64,000 bases of DNA from Octopus sinensis (GCF_006345805.1 NC_042998.1:3162001-3226000); one strand, 5' to 3'; counted from the stretch's first letter, positions 38,868 to 52,402 are shown. Notes: a model not told the origin generated them from the letters alone. Program-made: numbers and translations.

Positions 38868-39085
38868 CCCTTTAGCAGTTAGGTGGCTCTTTCAAATGTA
38901 ATATTTACATATTCACATTGTTTTGAACTAGTCATGCATTATCCTCTTGGCTCCAAGATTTTGATGATTTGGTTATTTTTAGAACGACTTCGTAGGGTGG
39001 GTACGAGCGGAAGGAATTTGGCCGGTTTAAACGTAAAATAGGTACAATATTTCGGCCGAATATGGCCGGTTTAAATGCTAAAGGA
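38868..39085. mobile_element. piggyBac-type MITE
   Basis: TTGA|CCCTTTAGCA ... TGCTAAAGGA|TTAA (TTAA TSD, one side mutated). Confidence 0.65.
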
Positions 39086-39398
39086 TTAAGAATGGTTGTT
39101 CAACCAGGTGAAAATATTGGCTTCAAATTTTGACACAAGGCCAGTAAGTTCAGGAAGTGGGCAAATCGATTGCATTTTGCCCGGCGCGCTAATGTTTGTT
39201 AAATCGTCAATATTTTCTATTATTGGCACAAGTCCTGAAATTTTTGGGTAGGGTGCTAGTCAATTACATGGAACCAGTGTGCAACTGGTACTTATTTTAT
39301 CGACACGTATTAGTAATACCTGTTGTTCCTATTGTTTAACCGAAAAGCAGTCTTCCTCGAACTGACGTATGATCAAAGACATATTTATTTTATGTATA

Positions 39399-39910
39399 TC
39401 GTAAATCATCGAGTATAGTCCGCCCTTAAGTATAATACGCAGGGGATTTTTAGGGGGCTGTACCTCTGAAAAATCTAAACCTTGTGTATAATACGCACCC
39501 CTTCTCTAACATGAGTCAAGGACGTCTATATACAGTCCTTGGTTTGTAAAAATGTATACGGTAACGTCCTTTATTATTATTGTATATATAACATAATGCA
39601 AACGTGTAGCTATTTTTGCGTATTTTGTTTGCAGAAAATAAAGAAATAACAGTAATAACGTTTAATAAATGTTGCTTATTGCTAGTTATGGATGATTCTT
39701 TTATGACTTCATTGCTTTCAGGCTTAGCTTAAGGTATTTTCGCGTCCGACATCACAAAATGCGCCAGAATAAACATTGCCGGACCGCAAATAGAGACTCG
39801 GACATTGCTTAGAAAATAATTTTCATTTTTAAACTTGTATATAGTACGCACTAGGGATTTTGACCTTTCAATTTTGGGAAAAAATGCGGATTATACTCGA
39901 GGATTTACGG
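39399..39910. mobile_element. Tc1/pogo MITE, copy 3
   Basis: Same TIRs and interior as copy 2. Confidence 0.85.
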
Positions 39911-40113
39911 TATTTTGTTATTAAACTGCACACATCAGCTCTAGTTCAGTTCACTTTAATCGAAGTTCTTTCAGCTATGGTAACCACTTTTTAAAGTGCA
40001 AATCCTGTGTATTGCTACTTTTTAAAGACTGCACGGTATATTTTGAAAGAGATTTGATATATACGTGTAGCAGATCGAATGATCACGTAGAAGCACCATC
40101 AGGCATAGTGTTA

Positions 40114-40796
40114 TGAGGTAGTATCAAAGCTTATTTACCTTCTTCGAAATGGACTCTTTGTTCAGCAATACACTGATCCCAGCGTAAGCGAGTCGAGGGC
40201 ATTCTGCGACTCGTTCTTGATCTCGACAACGGTGTTAAAATGGCGACCTCTGAGCTGCATTTTCACCCTCGTGAAGAGATGGAAGGTGCTAAATCTAGCG
40301 AATAGCGCGGGTGCGGAAGCGATACCATGGTATTTTTGGCGAGAAACTCACGAGTGAGGAGAACTCGGTTACATGGTGCATTGTCATCGTGGGGAATCCA
40401 GTTCTTCGCGTTCCACAGATCGGGTCGTTTTTGCTGAATGTCCTCCTTCAAACGCTTCAAACATCGCAATAGATAGAACTCTTGATTGACGGTCTGGCCC
40501 CTGGGGACGAATTCTCGATGTACAATACCGCGAATGTTGAAAAAGAAAAACGATGGCTTTATAGGCGTAGGAATGGCTGCGTGTTAAGTAGCTTGCTTAC
40601 GCACCACAATGTTCCGGGTTCAGTCCCACTGCGTGGCACCTTGGGCAGGTGTCTTCTACTATAGCGTCGGGCCGACCAAAGCCTTGTCAGTGGATTTCGT
40701 AGACGGAAACTGAAAGAAGCCCGTCGTATATATGTATGTATGTATATTTGAGTACTCTTTTTCCCACCTTGTTTCACATTTATGTGTTTACTCCAG

Positions 40797-40849
<53 letters not shown>

Positions 40850-41410
40850 TAGTGTGTATATATTTGTGTGTCTGTGTTTGTCCCACCAACAATGGTTGAC
40901 AAACGATGCTGGCGTGTTTACGTCCCCGTAACTTAGCGGTTCGGCAAAAGATACCGATAGAATAAGTACTAGGCTTACAAAGAATAAGTCCTGGGTCGAT
41001 TTGCCCGAGTAAAGGCGGTGCTCCAGCATGGCCACGGTCAAATAACTGAAACAAGTAAAAGAGTAAACGAGTATAATCTTGATTGAGCTGCGGCTCCGTC
41101 GTGCCGTCTTTTTTCGTGGAGATGAAGGGCTCTTCCATTGTAACGACTGCTGTGGCAGTCTTCGCAAGTTTAACGCAAAATTCACGTTGGTTCTTTGTTC
41201 CAACTTATTGTCTATGTCAAAAATCGCTGACTACAGCATACATATGATCACAAAAACACGAATTTCACAACTTGCGAAGTGAACACAGCAATATCACTCG
41301 GCACACTGCGTCATGAAGGTCACTGCTAACATTCACCGCGCACGCAACCGTGTGCTGCCATCTGTTGCCGCGTTACAGAACTAGTCCAGGAACATTTTGA
41401 TACCATCTCG
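40114..41410 (-). mobile_element. Mariner transposon, internally deleted, with nested SINE
   Basis: Transposase blocks MEQRTNVNF, QWKSPSSPRKK, NWIPHDDNAP and PHPRYSLDLAPS; TIRs TGAGGTAGTATCAAA / TTTGATACCATCTCG with TA flanks. Confidence 0.85.
40563..41067 (+). mobile_element. SINE family A nested in the mariner transposase
   Basis: Full SINE between codons for SSIK and the FNIRGIVHREF block. Confidence 0.85.
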
Positions 41411-41874
41411 TAAATGGTAGGTTGTGATTTAAGAGAAACTTCGCTGCTATTTATAGCAATTCGAGTGACAAAATAAGGGATACTTTTTACTGGCTCCTGG
41501 CGATGTAGGGATACCTAACGAAAAGAGTGGCAAAATCAGTGCCTTCTGAATTCTGATCTTACAAGGGTGAACTTAACTGCTGCGTACTGTGATCGATATA
41601 ATGTACTTTACTTTTTTGACTGGTTTCGCTGACTAAGATACAAATCAATGATGTATTTGAAATACGTCATCATAATAGCAACGATTTCATTTTCCTAGAT
41701 TGCAGTTTTCTTTTCATTTCATAAGAACGAGTGGATATTAAATTGACTAACTTTATTATGATATAATCGGAAGCAATACTAAAAAGGAAAGATTACACAC
41801 ACACACACACACACACATTCACATACACATGCACAAACATACATACACACATGCTTACATGCATACATATATGC

Positions 41875-41911
<37 letters not shown>

Positions 41912-42095
41912 ATAATATATATATATATTCATGTAAAAGACAAGCAAATGAAATAAAACTAAATATTGCCACTAGAGATAGTCTGAAAAGGTAATTTATT
42001 TGATCAAGTGAATTTAATCAATCCTCTTTAACTTGATGCTATTTCCCATACACACGCCCCTCCACACGCACACATATTTATACATACATAGATAC

Positions 42096-42179
<84 letters not shown>

Positions 42180-42284
42180 GCATTTACAGCACTCAAATAC
42201 CGATCGGTATAGTTTAATTATGTACTACACTAGACTTTTACAATGCAACTGTTATAAACTATAGACTGTTTCATGCGATTACGC

Positions 42285-42339
<55 letters not shown>

Positions 42340-42440
42340 ATATATATATATATGTATGTATATACTTATATACACACATTCATATATATAATATATATAT
42401 TCACACACATATATGTATACATACATATATTGATATATGT

Positions 42441-42482
<42 letters not shown>

Positions 42483-42944
42483 TATAGGTAAGCAGAGTTA
42501 GCGGTTATAGTAACCGACTAAGGGATAAAATATCCGTATTTACTATCGGTATCAGTTTACTGTGTTATCTCTGGGCATGGGTATGCAGACACACTATGCT
42601 CGTGGGGTACAGGTAAGAACAGAATAAAAAAAGTTTATTAGGAATCAAATTTAAATAATCAGAAAATGGAGGAAACTTTAAGAAACAATAAAGAAATGAA
42701 TTGGACCACATCTGTAGCTTATTATTTAATACAAAATATGTCATAACATTTATGTGACATAGCAATTCTTACGGCCGTTTCCACTTCCGATGTCAGTCAG
42801 TGCCTACAAAAGAATTTCAAAAATAATATTCTTCATTTCCATAGGATAATCGAACAAGAACATGGAGCTTCATCAGAGTGAATAGAAAAGCGTTCAAAAA
42901 TAAACAAAAGGAAGAGGGAAAGGAAAGAAAACATGGCCTATATA

Positions 42945-43700
42945 TGAATGTGGTGGTGTGGTAGGGAACTTGTTTCTCAACCACATGATTCCGGGTTCAG
43001 TCCCATTGCGTGATACCTTGGACAAGTGTTTTCTACTATAGCCTCAGGCCGACCAAAGCCTCGGAAGTGGATTTGGTAGACGGAAACAGAAAGAAGCTTG
43101 CTGCCCCCCCCCCAAATATCTGTATGACTTTGTGTCTGTGTTTGTCCCTCCATCACCGCTTGACAACTGGTGTTGGTGTGATCAGGTCTCCCTAGATTAG
43201 CAGTTCGGCAAAAGTGACCGATAGAATAAGTACTAGGCTTAAAAATTAAGTGTCCTGAGGTTGATTTGTCCAACTAAAACTATTCAAGAAGGTGCTCCAG
43301 CATGACTGAAAAAAGTAAAAGAATACCAACCACATGGTTCCGGGTTCAGTCCCACTGCGTGGCACCTTGGGTAAGTGTTTTCTACTATAGCCTCCGGCCG
43401 ACCAAAGCATTGTGAGTGGATTTGGTAGACGGAAACTGAAAGAAGCCCGTCGTATTCATGCATATATTTATGTGTGTATATGTGTGTGTATATGTTTGTG
43501 TTTGTGTTTGTCCTCCCAATCATCGCTTGACAATCGATGCTGGTGTGTTTACGTCCCTGTAACTTAGCAGTTCGGCAAAAGAGACCGATAGAGTAAGTAG
43601 TAGGCTTACGAAGAATAAGTCTTGGGGTTGATTTGCTCGACTAAAGGCAGTGCTCCAGCATGGCCACAGTCAAATGACTGAAACAAGTTAAAGAGTATGT
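42945..43700 (+). mobile_element. Two SINE family A copies in tandem (second 5'-truncated, starting about 43326)
   Basis: Tail of the first (AAAAGTAAAAGAATA) runs directly into CCAACCACATGGTTCCGGG. Confidence 0.8.
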
Positions 43701-43770
43701 ATATATATTCGCCATGATAGATCGGTAGCCACTACACACATTTTTTCTCTCCTTGTTACTTTCTGTGTTA

Positions 43771-43808
43771 CTCTCTGCAGAAGAGCGTAGGCTCGAAACG
43801 TTAAAGAC
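43771..43808 (+). ncRNA. Hammerhead motif with mutated core (CTGCAGA)
   Basis: CTGCAGA-A-GAGC-GTAG-GCTC-GAAA-CGTTA; same family as 50623 and 51585. Confidence 0.5.
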
Positions 43809-44123
43809 TTTTTCAATTCCCGAGCGTTATACTAAGACATCTGTTTGTTTTCTACACCACCTGTCTTCGTCTTTTGTTTTTTATTTTCGTGAATTCTCCC
43901 TATATATATATATAGCTGTAGAAATGAGTTGCGATGTCACAGGTGCCAAGCTGTATCGACTTTTGTCTTTCCCTTGGATAACACTGGTGGCGTGGAGAGG
44001 GGAGGCTGGTATGCATGGGCGACTGCTGGCCTTCCATAAACAACCTTGCCCAGACTTGTGTCTAGGAGGGTAACTTTCTAGGTGCAATCCCATGGTCATT
44101 CATGACCGAAGGGGGTCTTTACC

Positions 44124-44158
<35 letters not shown>

Positions 44159-45100
44159 CGTACGTTTATGCATATGTATGAATGTTTGTGCATCACATAT
44201 GCATATACAAGCGCTCATAATACCTACCAACATAAACATATAGAACAATAAAAACGGTATGAAATATATTTTGTAGGAGTATTTTCCTATAGTTCGGTCA
44301 AGTGGAGGAGCGGGGAAGAGATGTGCTTATAATCTCTTCATGCCCTACCCAGATGGTTGACGTTCATATTGAACATTTGTCTGACTCGCATTCAGGAAAA
44401 AAACCCCAGTCTTGTGCGGATAATTGATTCCAGAGTAAAGGAACCATTCTTTCGTGGAAAGAAAGGAGATAATGGTTACTGAGGCAACTCTGGACGTCTC
44501 ACACATCACATGTGACAAAAGAAGTAACGGCAGGAATGTCAGATGTGTTTGGGTGGCTGTCATATGCAAATTTATGCTCAAAGGAGCAGATGTTATTGTA
44601 ATAGCGACAGAAGGGACAAGATAAGAGGAGGCAGCACATATGTGGATAAGATATCAAAATGCAAAGATAAATCATTGCTAATCAGATGGATGGACTGTAC
44701 ACGGATGCGATCTAGGTTGCTTTTGTGTGAGTAACAACAACACAGTCCCAAATGAGGAAGGGGTATAAAGTAGCAGAGACTTTACCTAAGAAACAATCAA
44801 CGTTAGCAAACGAAGTTTTCTCAAAGTCTAATTTTGCTATGTGTTTACTAACTATTTCGACTTTGCCAGCTGCCCGAATTTTTAATGATGTTCTGACAGT
44901 TATTTACATTTTCACTGTTCCTTTTTAGATAGAAACAGATGGCTCTTCTCTCTCTCCTGTGGCTGCATTTACAATACTTTATGGCTCGTGGAACTACTTG
45001 CTACAATGTTCAAACTATATGATTGCTTTACTCATTGTTTTTCTCTTCAACATATACATATTTACATACATATACATATACACACATATATATATATATC

Positions 45101-45135
<35 letters not shown>

Positions 45136-45220
45136 TATATACATATACATATACATATATATACTGAAGAGAAAAACAATATGTATGTATGTATGTATGC
45201 ATGTATATATTGAAGAGAAA

Positions 45221-45264
<44 letters not shown>

Positions 45265-46242
45265 ATTCATATGTCGACGTGATGTTTTACTATTTCGGTC
45301 GTTGCTCTTGTAACAGTCCTTTTCTTTAACGTTATCCTCTGTAATGATTATTTCTACGATCTTGATCGTTCGTTTGTTCTTTTATAGCCTTCAAGTGAAG
45401 TTAACTGGTCTGGTCGAATTGTAACGCAATGTGCTTGCCTTTAATGATTTTAATCTAAACATCTATTGAAAGTGCCGCAGGCTGGTTTTGTTTTAATGCA
45501 CAATAGTTCAATAAGGAGAATGTTTCTATTGTTTGCAATACTTTGGTTTAATTTACTTTCTGTTCTTTCAAACTAAACAGTTTCTTTTAATTTTCTAGTG
45601 TTTTCATTGGAAGAAAATGAATTTCTATTCGTTTTTTATTTAAATCTCACAACCAAAACAATTCTACGCGTATGGTACTTTTCCCGCTGTTCTTAATATA
45701 GTTTTCGCGAGACAAAGAATTCGATGTTTCTCTACCAAGCGTTAAATGAGCTCACAGTTAGTCTGTCCCATTGTAATACAAGTGCCAGCCATCTTCTAAT
45801 ATTAACAAAGAACGGCAGACTTGGATATTATTACTGTTTTACTCTCGCTTTCACTCTATTTTTCTCTTTCTGGTAGTGAAGTGGTGTGTCTATTACAAAT
45901 ACTGTTGAGGCGCAGTAGTCTTACCACATAAACAGAAGTTATCTTTGGCAACTTCAAATTTCTTTATTTAAATCTTTGCAAATTGTCATTCAGCACATGT
46001 GTAAATATAGCAAACCAGGCGGAAATAAAACCTGAGTAGTAAACTGAAAAAAAAGAAAGAAAGTACTGCGTTGTGTGTGTGTGTGTGTGGTGTGTGTGTG
46101 TGGTGTGTGTGTGTGTGTGTGCGTGAATATGGTTTGCAATAAGGACATAGATTTACATAAGTGTATTCAACAATTGTTGTGGCAAACATGCCTTCCCCAA
46201 TGGCTATAGTGGTTTTTATGAAATGGTATGGTTGCATATGCT

Positions 46243-46475
46243 AAGGCGGCGAGCTGGCAGAAACGTTAGCGCGCCGGGCGAAATGCGTAGCCGTATTTCG
46301 TCTGCTGTTACGTTCAGAGTTCAAATTCCGCCGAGGTCGACTTTGCCTTTCATCCTTTCGAGGTCGATTAAATAAGTACCAGTTACGCATTGGGGTCGAT
46401 GTAATCGACTTAATCCCTTTTTCTGTCCTTGTTTGTCCCCTCTATGTTTAGCCCCTTGTGGGTAATAAAGAAATA
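46243..46475 (+). mobile_element. Young SINE family B with perfect 12-bp TSD
   Basis: TSD GTTGCATATGCT at 46231-46242 and 46476-46487. Confidence 0.92.
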
Positions 46476-46784
46476 GTTGCATATGCTTGTACATTAGGTT
46501 GTAGGTTCAATTTGTCGAGATATAAACTCTTAATTATTGCAATCAATAATAAACAAATTAAGAAAAAAAGTATTGGTTTATTTTTCATTTGTTATCATTT
46601 TTCAAAGAAATAAGAAATGGAATGTTCCCATTTTTAATGCTTCTCCAAATTGTGTTAGTTGTGCAAGGGAAATATTCTAACGTTAATCACATCAACATCG
46701 CAGATTCTATTTATCAGGAACTTGAATCTTGTTTTAGTAAACTTCTCTACAAGCAATAACAGTATTTAATATTTCCTGCTTATG

Positions 46785-47022
46785 ACGGCAGTGAGCTGGC
46801 AGAATCGTTAGCACGTCGGACAAATTGTTTATCGACATTTCATGTCTTTACGTTCTGAGTTCAAATTCTGTCGAGGTCGATTTTGCCTTTCATCCTTTTG
46901 GGGTCGATTAAATAAGTACCACTTATTTAATCGACCGCACTGGGGTCGATGTAATCGACTTAATCCCTTTGTCTGTCCCTATTCGTCCCCTCTATGTTTA
47001 GCCCCCTGTGGGCAATAAAGAG
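46785..47022 (+). mobile_element. SINE family B with internal inverted duplication
   Basis: Family sequence plus a 16-bp perfect hairpin at 46902-46936. Confidence 0.85.
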
Positions 47023-47794
47023 ATTGATACTTAATTTAGCCACTCATAAAGAGTGGAGTAGCTGTGATGTAATTATTGTTGTTGTTGTCAGTGGTGTTTT
47101 AGTCAACTCTGAGGAGTAGATCAATGATCAAAGTTGTTCCAACTGTGACCATCATGTTCTTTCAGAATATTTAAGTATGCATTATCGAATTTGTGTTTCC
47201 ATGTCTAACACGGTAGAATATGTTTTAAGCAATATTTTGGTGCCATTTCTAGCTGATCGAGTGACTATGCATAGGTATCCTCATTGACGGAATTATTTCT
47301 GAGTGTTGAAGTCTAATTACTCTCAAGGGCAAAATAAAAATATTGAGTGAAATTTTAATTACCAGTTTCCTTTAATATGTATTTTAAAAGAGAAGTATAT
47401 AGTCAACTCCGGAGGTAATTCTAATGTCATTCTAAGATTTAGATTATGAATTATTAACTTGGGACTAATGAGTGGTAAGCTTGACACTAATGACATTCGA
47501 ATTGAGCCCACGGGTTGAAAACTAATTGTGAATAAAGTAAATAAATGAGGCGTTTAGGTCATTTTACTATTTTCAAATGAATTATTGAATTGCTTATCTC
47601 TTTGTCTCTCTCTCACTCTCTCTCTCTCACAAACACATACACACACAAACATATATCCATCATACATATATTTGTATATAAAAACATACGTACATATATA
47701 TGCACATATATACACATATACATATATATTCAAATATATATATTCATGCATGTGTGTTTATATACATGTACGTAAGCGTGTATAAATAATATAT

Positions 47795-47850
<56 letters not shown>

Positions 47851-48014
47851 GTTTTTATTGTTTGGAAGTGAAAACAATGCGAGTTATAATAATACAAGAC
47901 AACTTTTTGTACGTTTACTTTATATTTCAATATTTTGGGGTTAGGACACCTTTTTCAGGAAATCTTCAGAGTAGATCAGAGAAGTCAGCTTACTATATAA
48001 TATCTCCAATGTGC

Positions 48015-48045
<31 letters not shown>

Positions 48046-48150
48046 TGTATGTGTGTATGTATGTATGTATGTATGTATGTATCTAACGATCTCTCCCTGT
48101 ATATATAATATTTATAATATATATATATATATGCATAATATATATGATAT

Positions 48151-48269
<119 letters not shown>

Positions 48270-48468
48270 AAATTCTACCGCTAGCATTGCTTGATAATTA
48301 AATCTACTCTATTCCATAATAAAGATTAAGACACAGAATTCAGTTCGCAATACCCCACTGATGACTGTGTCAGAAAGAAAGTCAGTTCAACTTTCGTACT
48401 CTTTAGAATTATTCTGTTCTTTGGAGATAGTGTTTGTAAATTCTTCAAACATTTTAAAAATATATACA

Positions 48469-48626
48469 TAGGAGTGGCTGTGTGGTAAGTAGCTTGTTTA
48501 CGAACGACATGGTTCCGGGTTCAGTCTCACCGCGTAGCACCTTGGGCTAGTATCTTCTACTATAGCCTCGGGCCGACCAAAGCCGTGTGAGTAGAATTGG
48601 TAGACGGAAACTGAAAGAAGCCCGTC

Positions 48627-48682
<56 letters not shown>

Positions 48683-48918
48683 GTATGTATGTATATGTAT
48701 GTGTGTGTGTATATGTTTGTGTGTCTGTGTTTGTCCCCCAACATCGCTTGACAAACGATGTGTTTACGTAACTTAGCGCTTAGGCATAAGAGACCGATAG
48801 AATAAGTACTAGGCTTCCAAAGAATAAATCCTGGGGTCGATATGCTCAATGAAAGGCGGTGCTCCAGCATGGCCACAGTCACATGACTGAAACAAATTAA
48901 AGAGGTGAAGAGTTAAAG
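48469..48918 (+). mobile_element. SINE family A
   Basis: Full head-core-tail structure. Confidence 0.85.
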
Positions 48919-50622
48919 AGTATATCCATATACACACACCATTTAACAAGTGTAATGATCCTTATCTGAACAGGTGAAATTGTTGTAGATCAGTACTTTT
49001 CACCGGTTTATTGCACCAATGAGAGCGCAGAACCTCTAAGTTTGGCATTGGCTCTATTGTAGCACTCCATCGTTTACGATGACGAGTTTTCCTGTTGATC
49101 CGATCAAAGGAACAGACTGCTCGTGAAATTAAGGTGTAAGTGGCTGATCACTCCACAGACACGTGTACCTTTAACGTAGTTCTCGTAGAGATTCAGCGAG
49201 ACCCAGAGTGTGACAAGGCTGGCCCTCTGAAATACAGGTACAACAGAAACAGGAAGAAAGAGTGAGAGAAAGTTGTGGTGAAAGAGTACAGCAGGGTTCG
49301 TTACCATTCCCTGTCGGAGCCTCGTTGAGCTTTAGGTGTTTTCGTTCAATAAACACTCACAACGCCTGGTCTGGGAATCGAAACCGCGATCCTACGACCG
49401 CGTGTCCGCTGCCCTAAACACTGGGTCATTGCGCCTCCACATTGGCTCTATAAACATCAATTCAAAGTCAGTTTGAAATTTTCCTGTTTGAATTCCTCTG
49501 CTGAAAAGAAACCAGACAACGTTGAATTCTTGTTTATAAAGCTAGAGCTAGACATATCAATCAGATTAAAAATGGAACCCATCGTCGTCTGCGATTGATA
49601 TAGTTTTATCAAGACACATTTCACCTGAACAGCATATCATAATTCTGTCAAGTTATAAGTGCTGATTTTGTCTTTTTTTTTTTTCAGCAATATTTCCTGC
49701 AAGCATTTTTTTCGAGAACATTTGCATAACACTACATCCACAACACAGTTACAACAAACTTGTTTTTATGAATGTTAAATTGGAAAATTGTTGCCTTTCT
49801 CCGTGTGAAATACCAGATCACACAAATGTGTAATTACTAACATTTAGAAGTAGATAAGTACACATTGACTTATCGTAACAATTAAACCAGTAGAGGTTTA
49901 CATTTCTAGTGTATTTAGAAAATACAAGCTAAATATTATATATCATTTATTGTTGTTTATAAATTCTGTACTATTTTTAGCCAATGAATCGAAGCCATGT
50001 TGGGTCGGAGCCATATATTCGGTTTTGTAGTTGTTTCAGACCAAAGATTGCGGGTACAGTGGGGCCAATGTATGTGCATCTCTTTTTTTACATGCATCAT
50101 AACTACACGAAATGCACGTCACTCCACACAACGCACGCACTAGGTTACTTATACACATACACACACACACGCTCCCATACGCACACACACAGGCCCAAGC
50201 GATTGCATACGCTCACACATATGTGCGACAGCCTCACACACATATACGCACATGCACACACACACATACACACACTCACAAATACACAAAACGCACATCA
50301 CTCCACAAAATGCACGCACTAAGTTAATTATACACATATACACACAGATTCTCATACGCACACAAAGGCCCACAATTTTAAGCTTGCCCATACATACATT
50401 CACACGCGTTCACCCACATATACACGTACTCATTCACATGCACCATTCTCGTTTACACACACGCGCTTGTGCACCCTAGCTCAGCCGGGTTACCGTTATT
50501 ATCTCCCTTTCACTCAGCCCCTTTCTTCTGGTCATTTCGTCATGTTGAACCGTTAAACCCCACTCATTTTCTCTCCGTTGTTTTTTCGCTATCTCTCTTT
50601 CTGTATTTTTCCCTTCTCTGTC

Positions 50623-50658
50623 CTTTCTGTCAAAGAGCGTGTGCTCGAAACGTCAAAT
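50623..50658 (+). ncRNA. Hammerhead motif with mutated core (CTGTCAA)
   Basis: CTTT-CTGTCAA-A-GAGC-GTGT-GCTC-GAAA-CGTC-AAA. Confidence 0.45.
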
Positions 50659-50744
50659 ATTTTCCATTCTTCCCAACATCAAACTAATACACCTGCTTGT
50701 TGTTCCCTCACCTACCTTCGTCTTCTGTCTTCTGTAAATTTGAA

Positions 50745-50804
<60 letters not shown>

Positions 50805-51191
50805 CATACATACATACATACTATATATACATACATATATTACATATATATATAATATATATATACACGTACATGCCTACATACATATATATATATATAT
50901 GAACTTGTTGGGGGAGGGGGGTGGTTGAGTGAGGGTGTATGTGTATGTAAGTGTGTTTGCGTACGTTTACATGTCTACATATATATACATACATATGTCT
51001 GTATGTATAGATAAGTATGTATGCATGTGCACGTCAACGCATGTGTACTAGTATGCATAAACATATGTGCTCATGTAAACATAGGTGTTGACAAGGTCTT
51101 ACCACTAAGAAAGGATTGTTCTCAAGAAAATTTAGCAAACGCCAGAACGTAGGCGACCAAGACAAATGAAAAGATACAAAATATATAGATA

Positions 51192-51263
51192 ATCACAAAA
51201 CCGATTTCGTTGTTACCACTTACGTAATTACTTACGTAATTGTCCGCAACTCATCAGTGTGAT
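51192..51263 (-). ncRNA. Hammerhead motif, left arm
   Basis: ATCACA-CTGATGA-GTTG...CAAC-GAAA-TCGGTTT-TGTGAT; helix I 6 bp, helix III degenerate. Confidence 0.6.
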
Positions 51264-51372
51264 CGTCATAGCAAAATATAATTTGCAGAACTATACACGA
51301 ACGTCCGCATGAGATTGAACATGTATACAGTTCTACCAATTACATTTGCGGTTATCTTTCAAAAGTGTTCGA

Positions 51373-51437
51373 ACACTGATGAGTTGTGGACAATTATGTA
51401 ATTACATAAGTGGTAACAACGAAACCAGGTTTGTGAT
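51373..51437 (+). ncRNA. Hammerhead motif, right arm, all core nucleotides intact
   Basis: ACA-CTGATGA-GTTGT-[...TTATGT-AATT-ACATAA...]-ACAAC-GAAA-C-CAG-G-TT|TGT; predicted GUU cleavage after 51431. Confidence 0.7.
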
Positions 51438-51584
51438 TATTCTTTATATCTTGTATCTTTTCATTTGTCTTGCTCGATTACGATCTGGCATTTGCTAAAT
51501 TTTCTTGAGAACAAGCCTTTGTTACTGGTAAGACCATAGGTGGTCTACGTGTGTTAGTTTGACGCTCGGGAAAAATGGAAAAGT

Positions 51585-51620
51585 CTTCTACGTTTCGAGC
51601 CTACGCTCTTCAACAGAGAG
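51585..51620 (-). ncRNA. Hammerhead motif with mutated core (CTGTTGA)
   Basis: Minus: CTGTTGA-A-GAGC-GTAG-GCTC-GAAA-CGTA-GAAG. Confidence 0.5.
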
Positions 51621-52402
51621 GAATAAGAGAAAATGAATAGAGAATGAAAAGAACGTGTTGGGTTCAGTGGTCCAACATATTGTGCATACATACATACATA
51701 CATACATACATACATACATACATACATACATACATACATACATACATACATACACATACATACATACATACATAATTCTCGTATGTTCCATCATACATAT
51801 ATGCATTAATAGTAATAGTATGATAACAAAAGAATGAATGAGACCTCGATATGTAAATAGAGGAATTTATCAGTAAAATAATGTGACAATTATCTGCAGC
51901 CATACACGCGTACACATATACGCACCCGTACACACACACACACACGTATATATACCCATACGCGCACAAATATGTTCATATACACGTCTATATACGCACA
52001 TGCACAAAAAGCAGGGTGAAAGGTAATATGCAGAAAAAACATGCAAAAATATATAAAGAAATAAAAAATGTATAAAAAGCATATATACAAAAATATGTAA
52101 AAATATATAAAAAATATATAGAGATAAAATGCTTGTAGGTGGATACAATATAAAAAGCAGGTTCTATCTGTGATCTTAGTGGGGGATCAAAAACGTAAGA
52201 AATATTTAGCCATATGTGGATATGAACCAAATAGTTCAGTACTTGAATTTAGACATGTGACGGGTCTAAGCTGCTTTTCCAGATGTGCCATCTTTCCATA
52301 TCACAAAGACCAGTGGTGTAAGGCTTTCTGGGTCCCTGTGCAACTCATAATCACAAACATCTCGAACGTTCCGTTTCTAACAATAAATTCTGAAGTAATC
52401 TA

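Larger units (their letters stand above)
51095..51535. mobile_element. 441-bp whole-length fold-back element carrying a hammerhead motif in each arm
   Basis: Ends GGTCTTACC / GGTAAGACC; outer about 170-bp arms roughly 85% complementary by eye, with pairing continuing to a short central loop. Confidence 0.85.

Noticed and set aside
42556-42612. 57-nt exon candidate with CAG|GTAAGA donor
   Set aside because: Weak acceptor, and the surroundings resemble the reverse complement of the repeat at about 31260-31375.
52290-52385. Protein-like minus-strand frame KRNVRDVCDYELHRDPESL...
   Set aside because: Unrecognised, and lies antisense and adjacent to the Gypsy RT relic.
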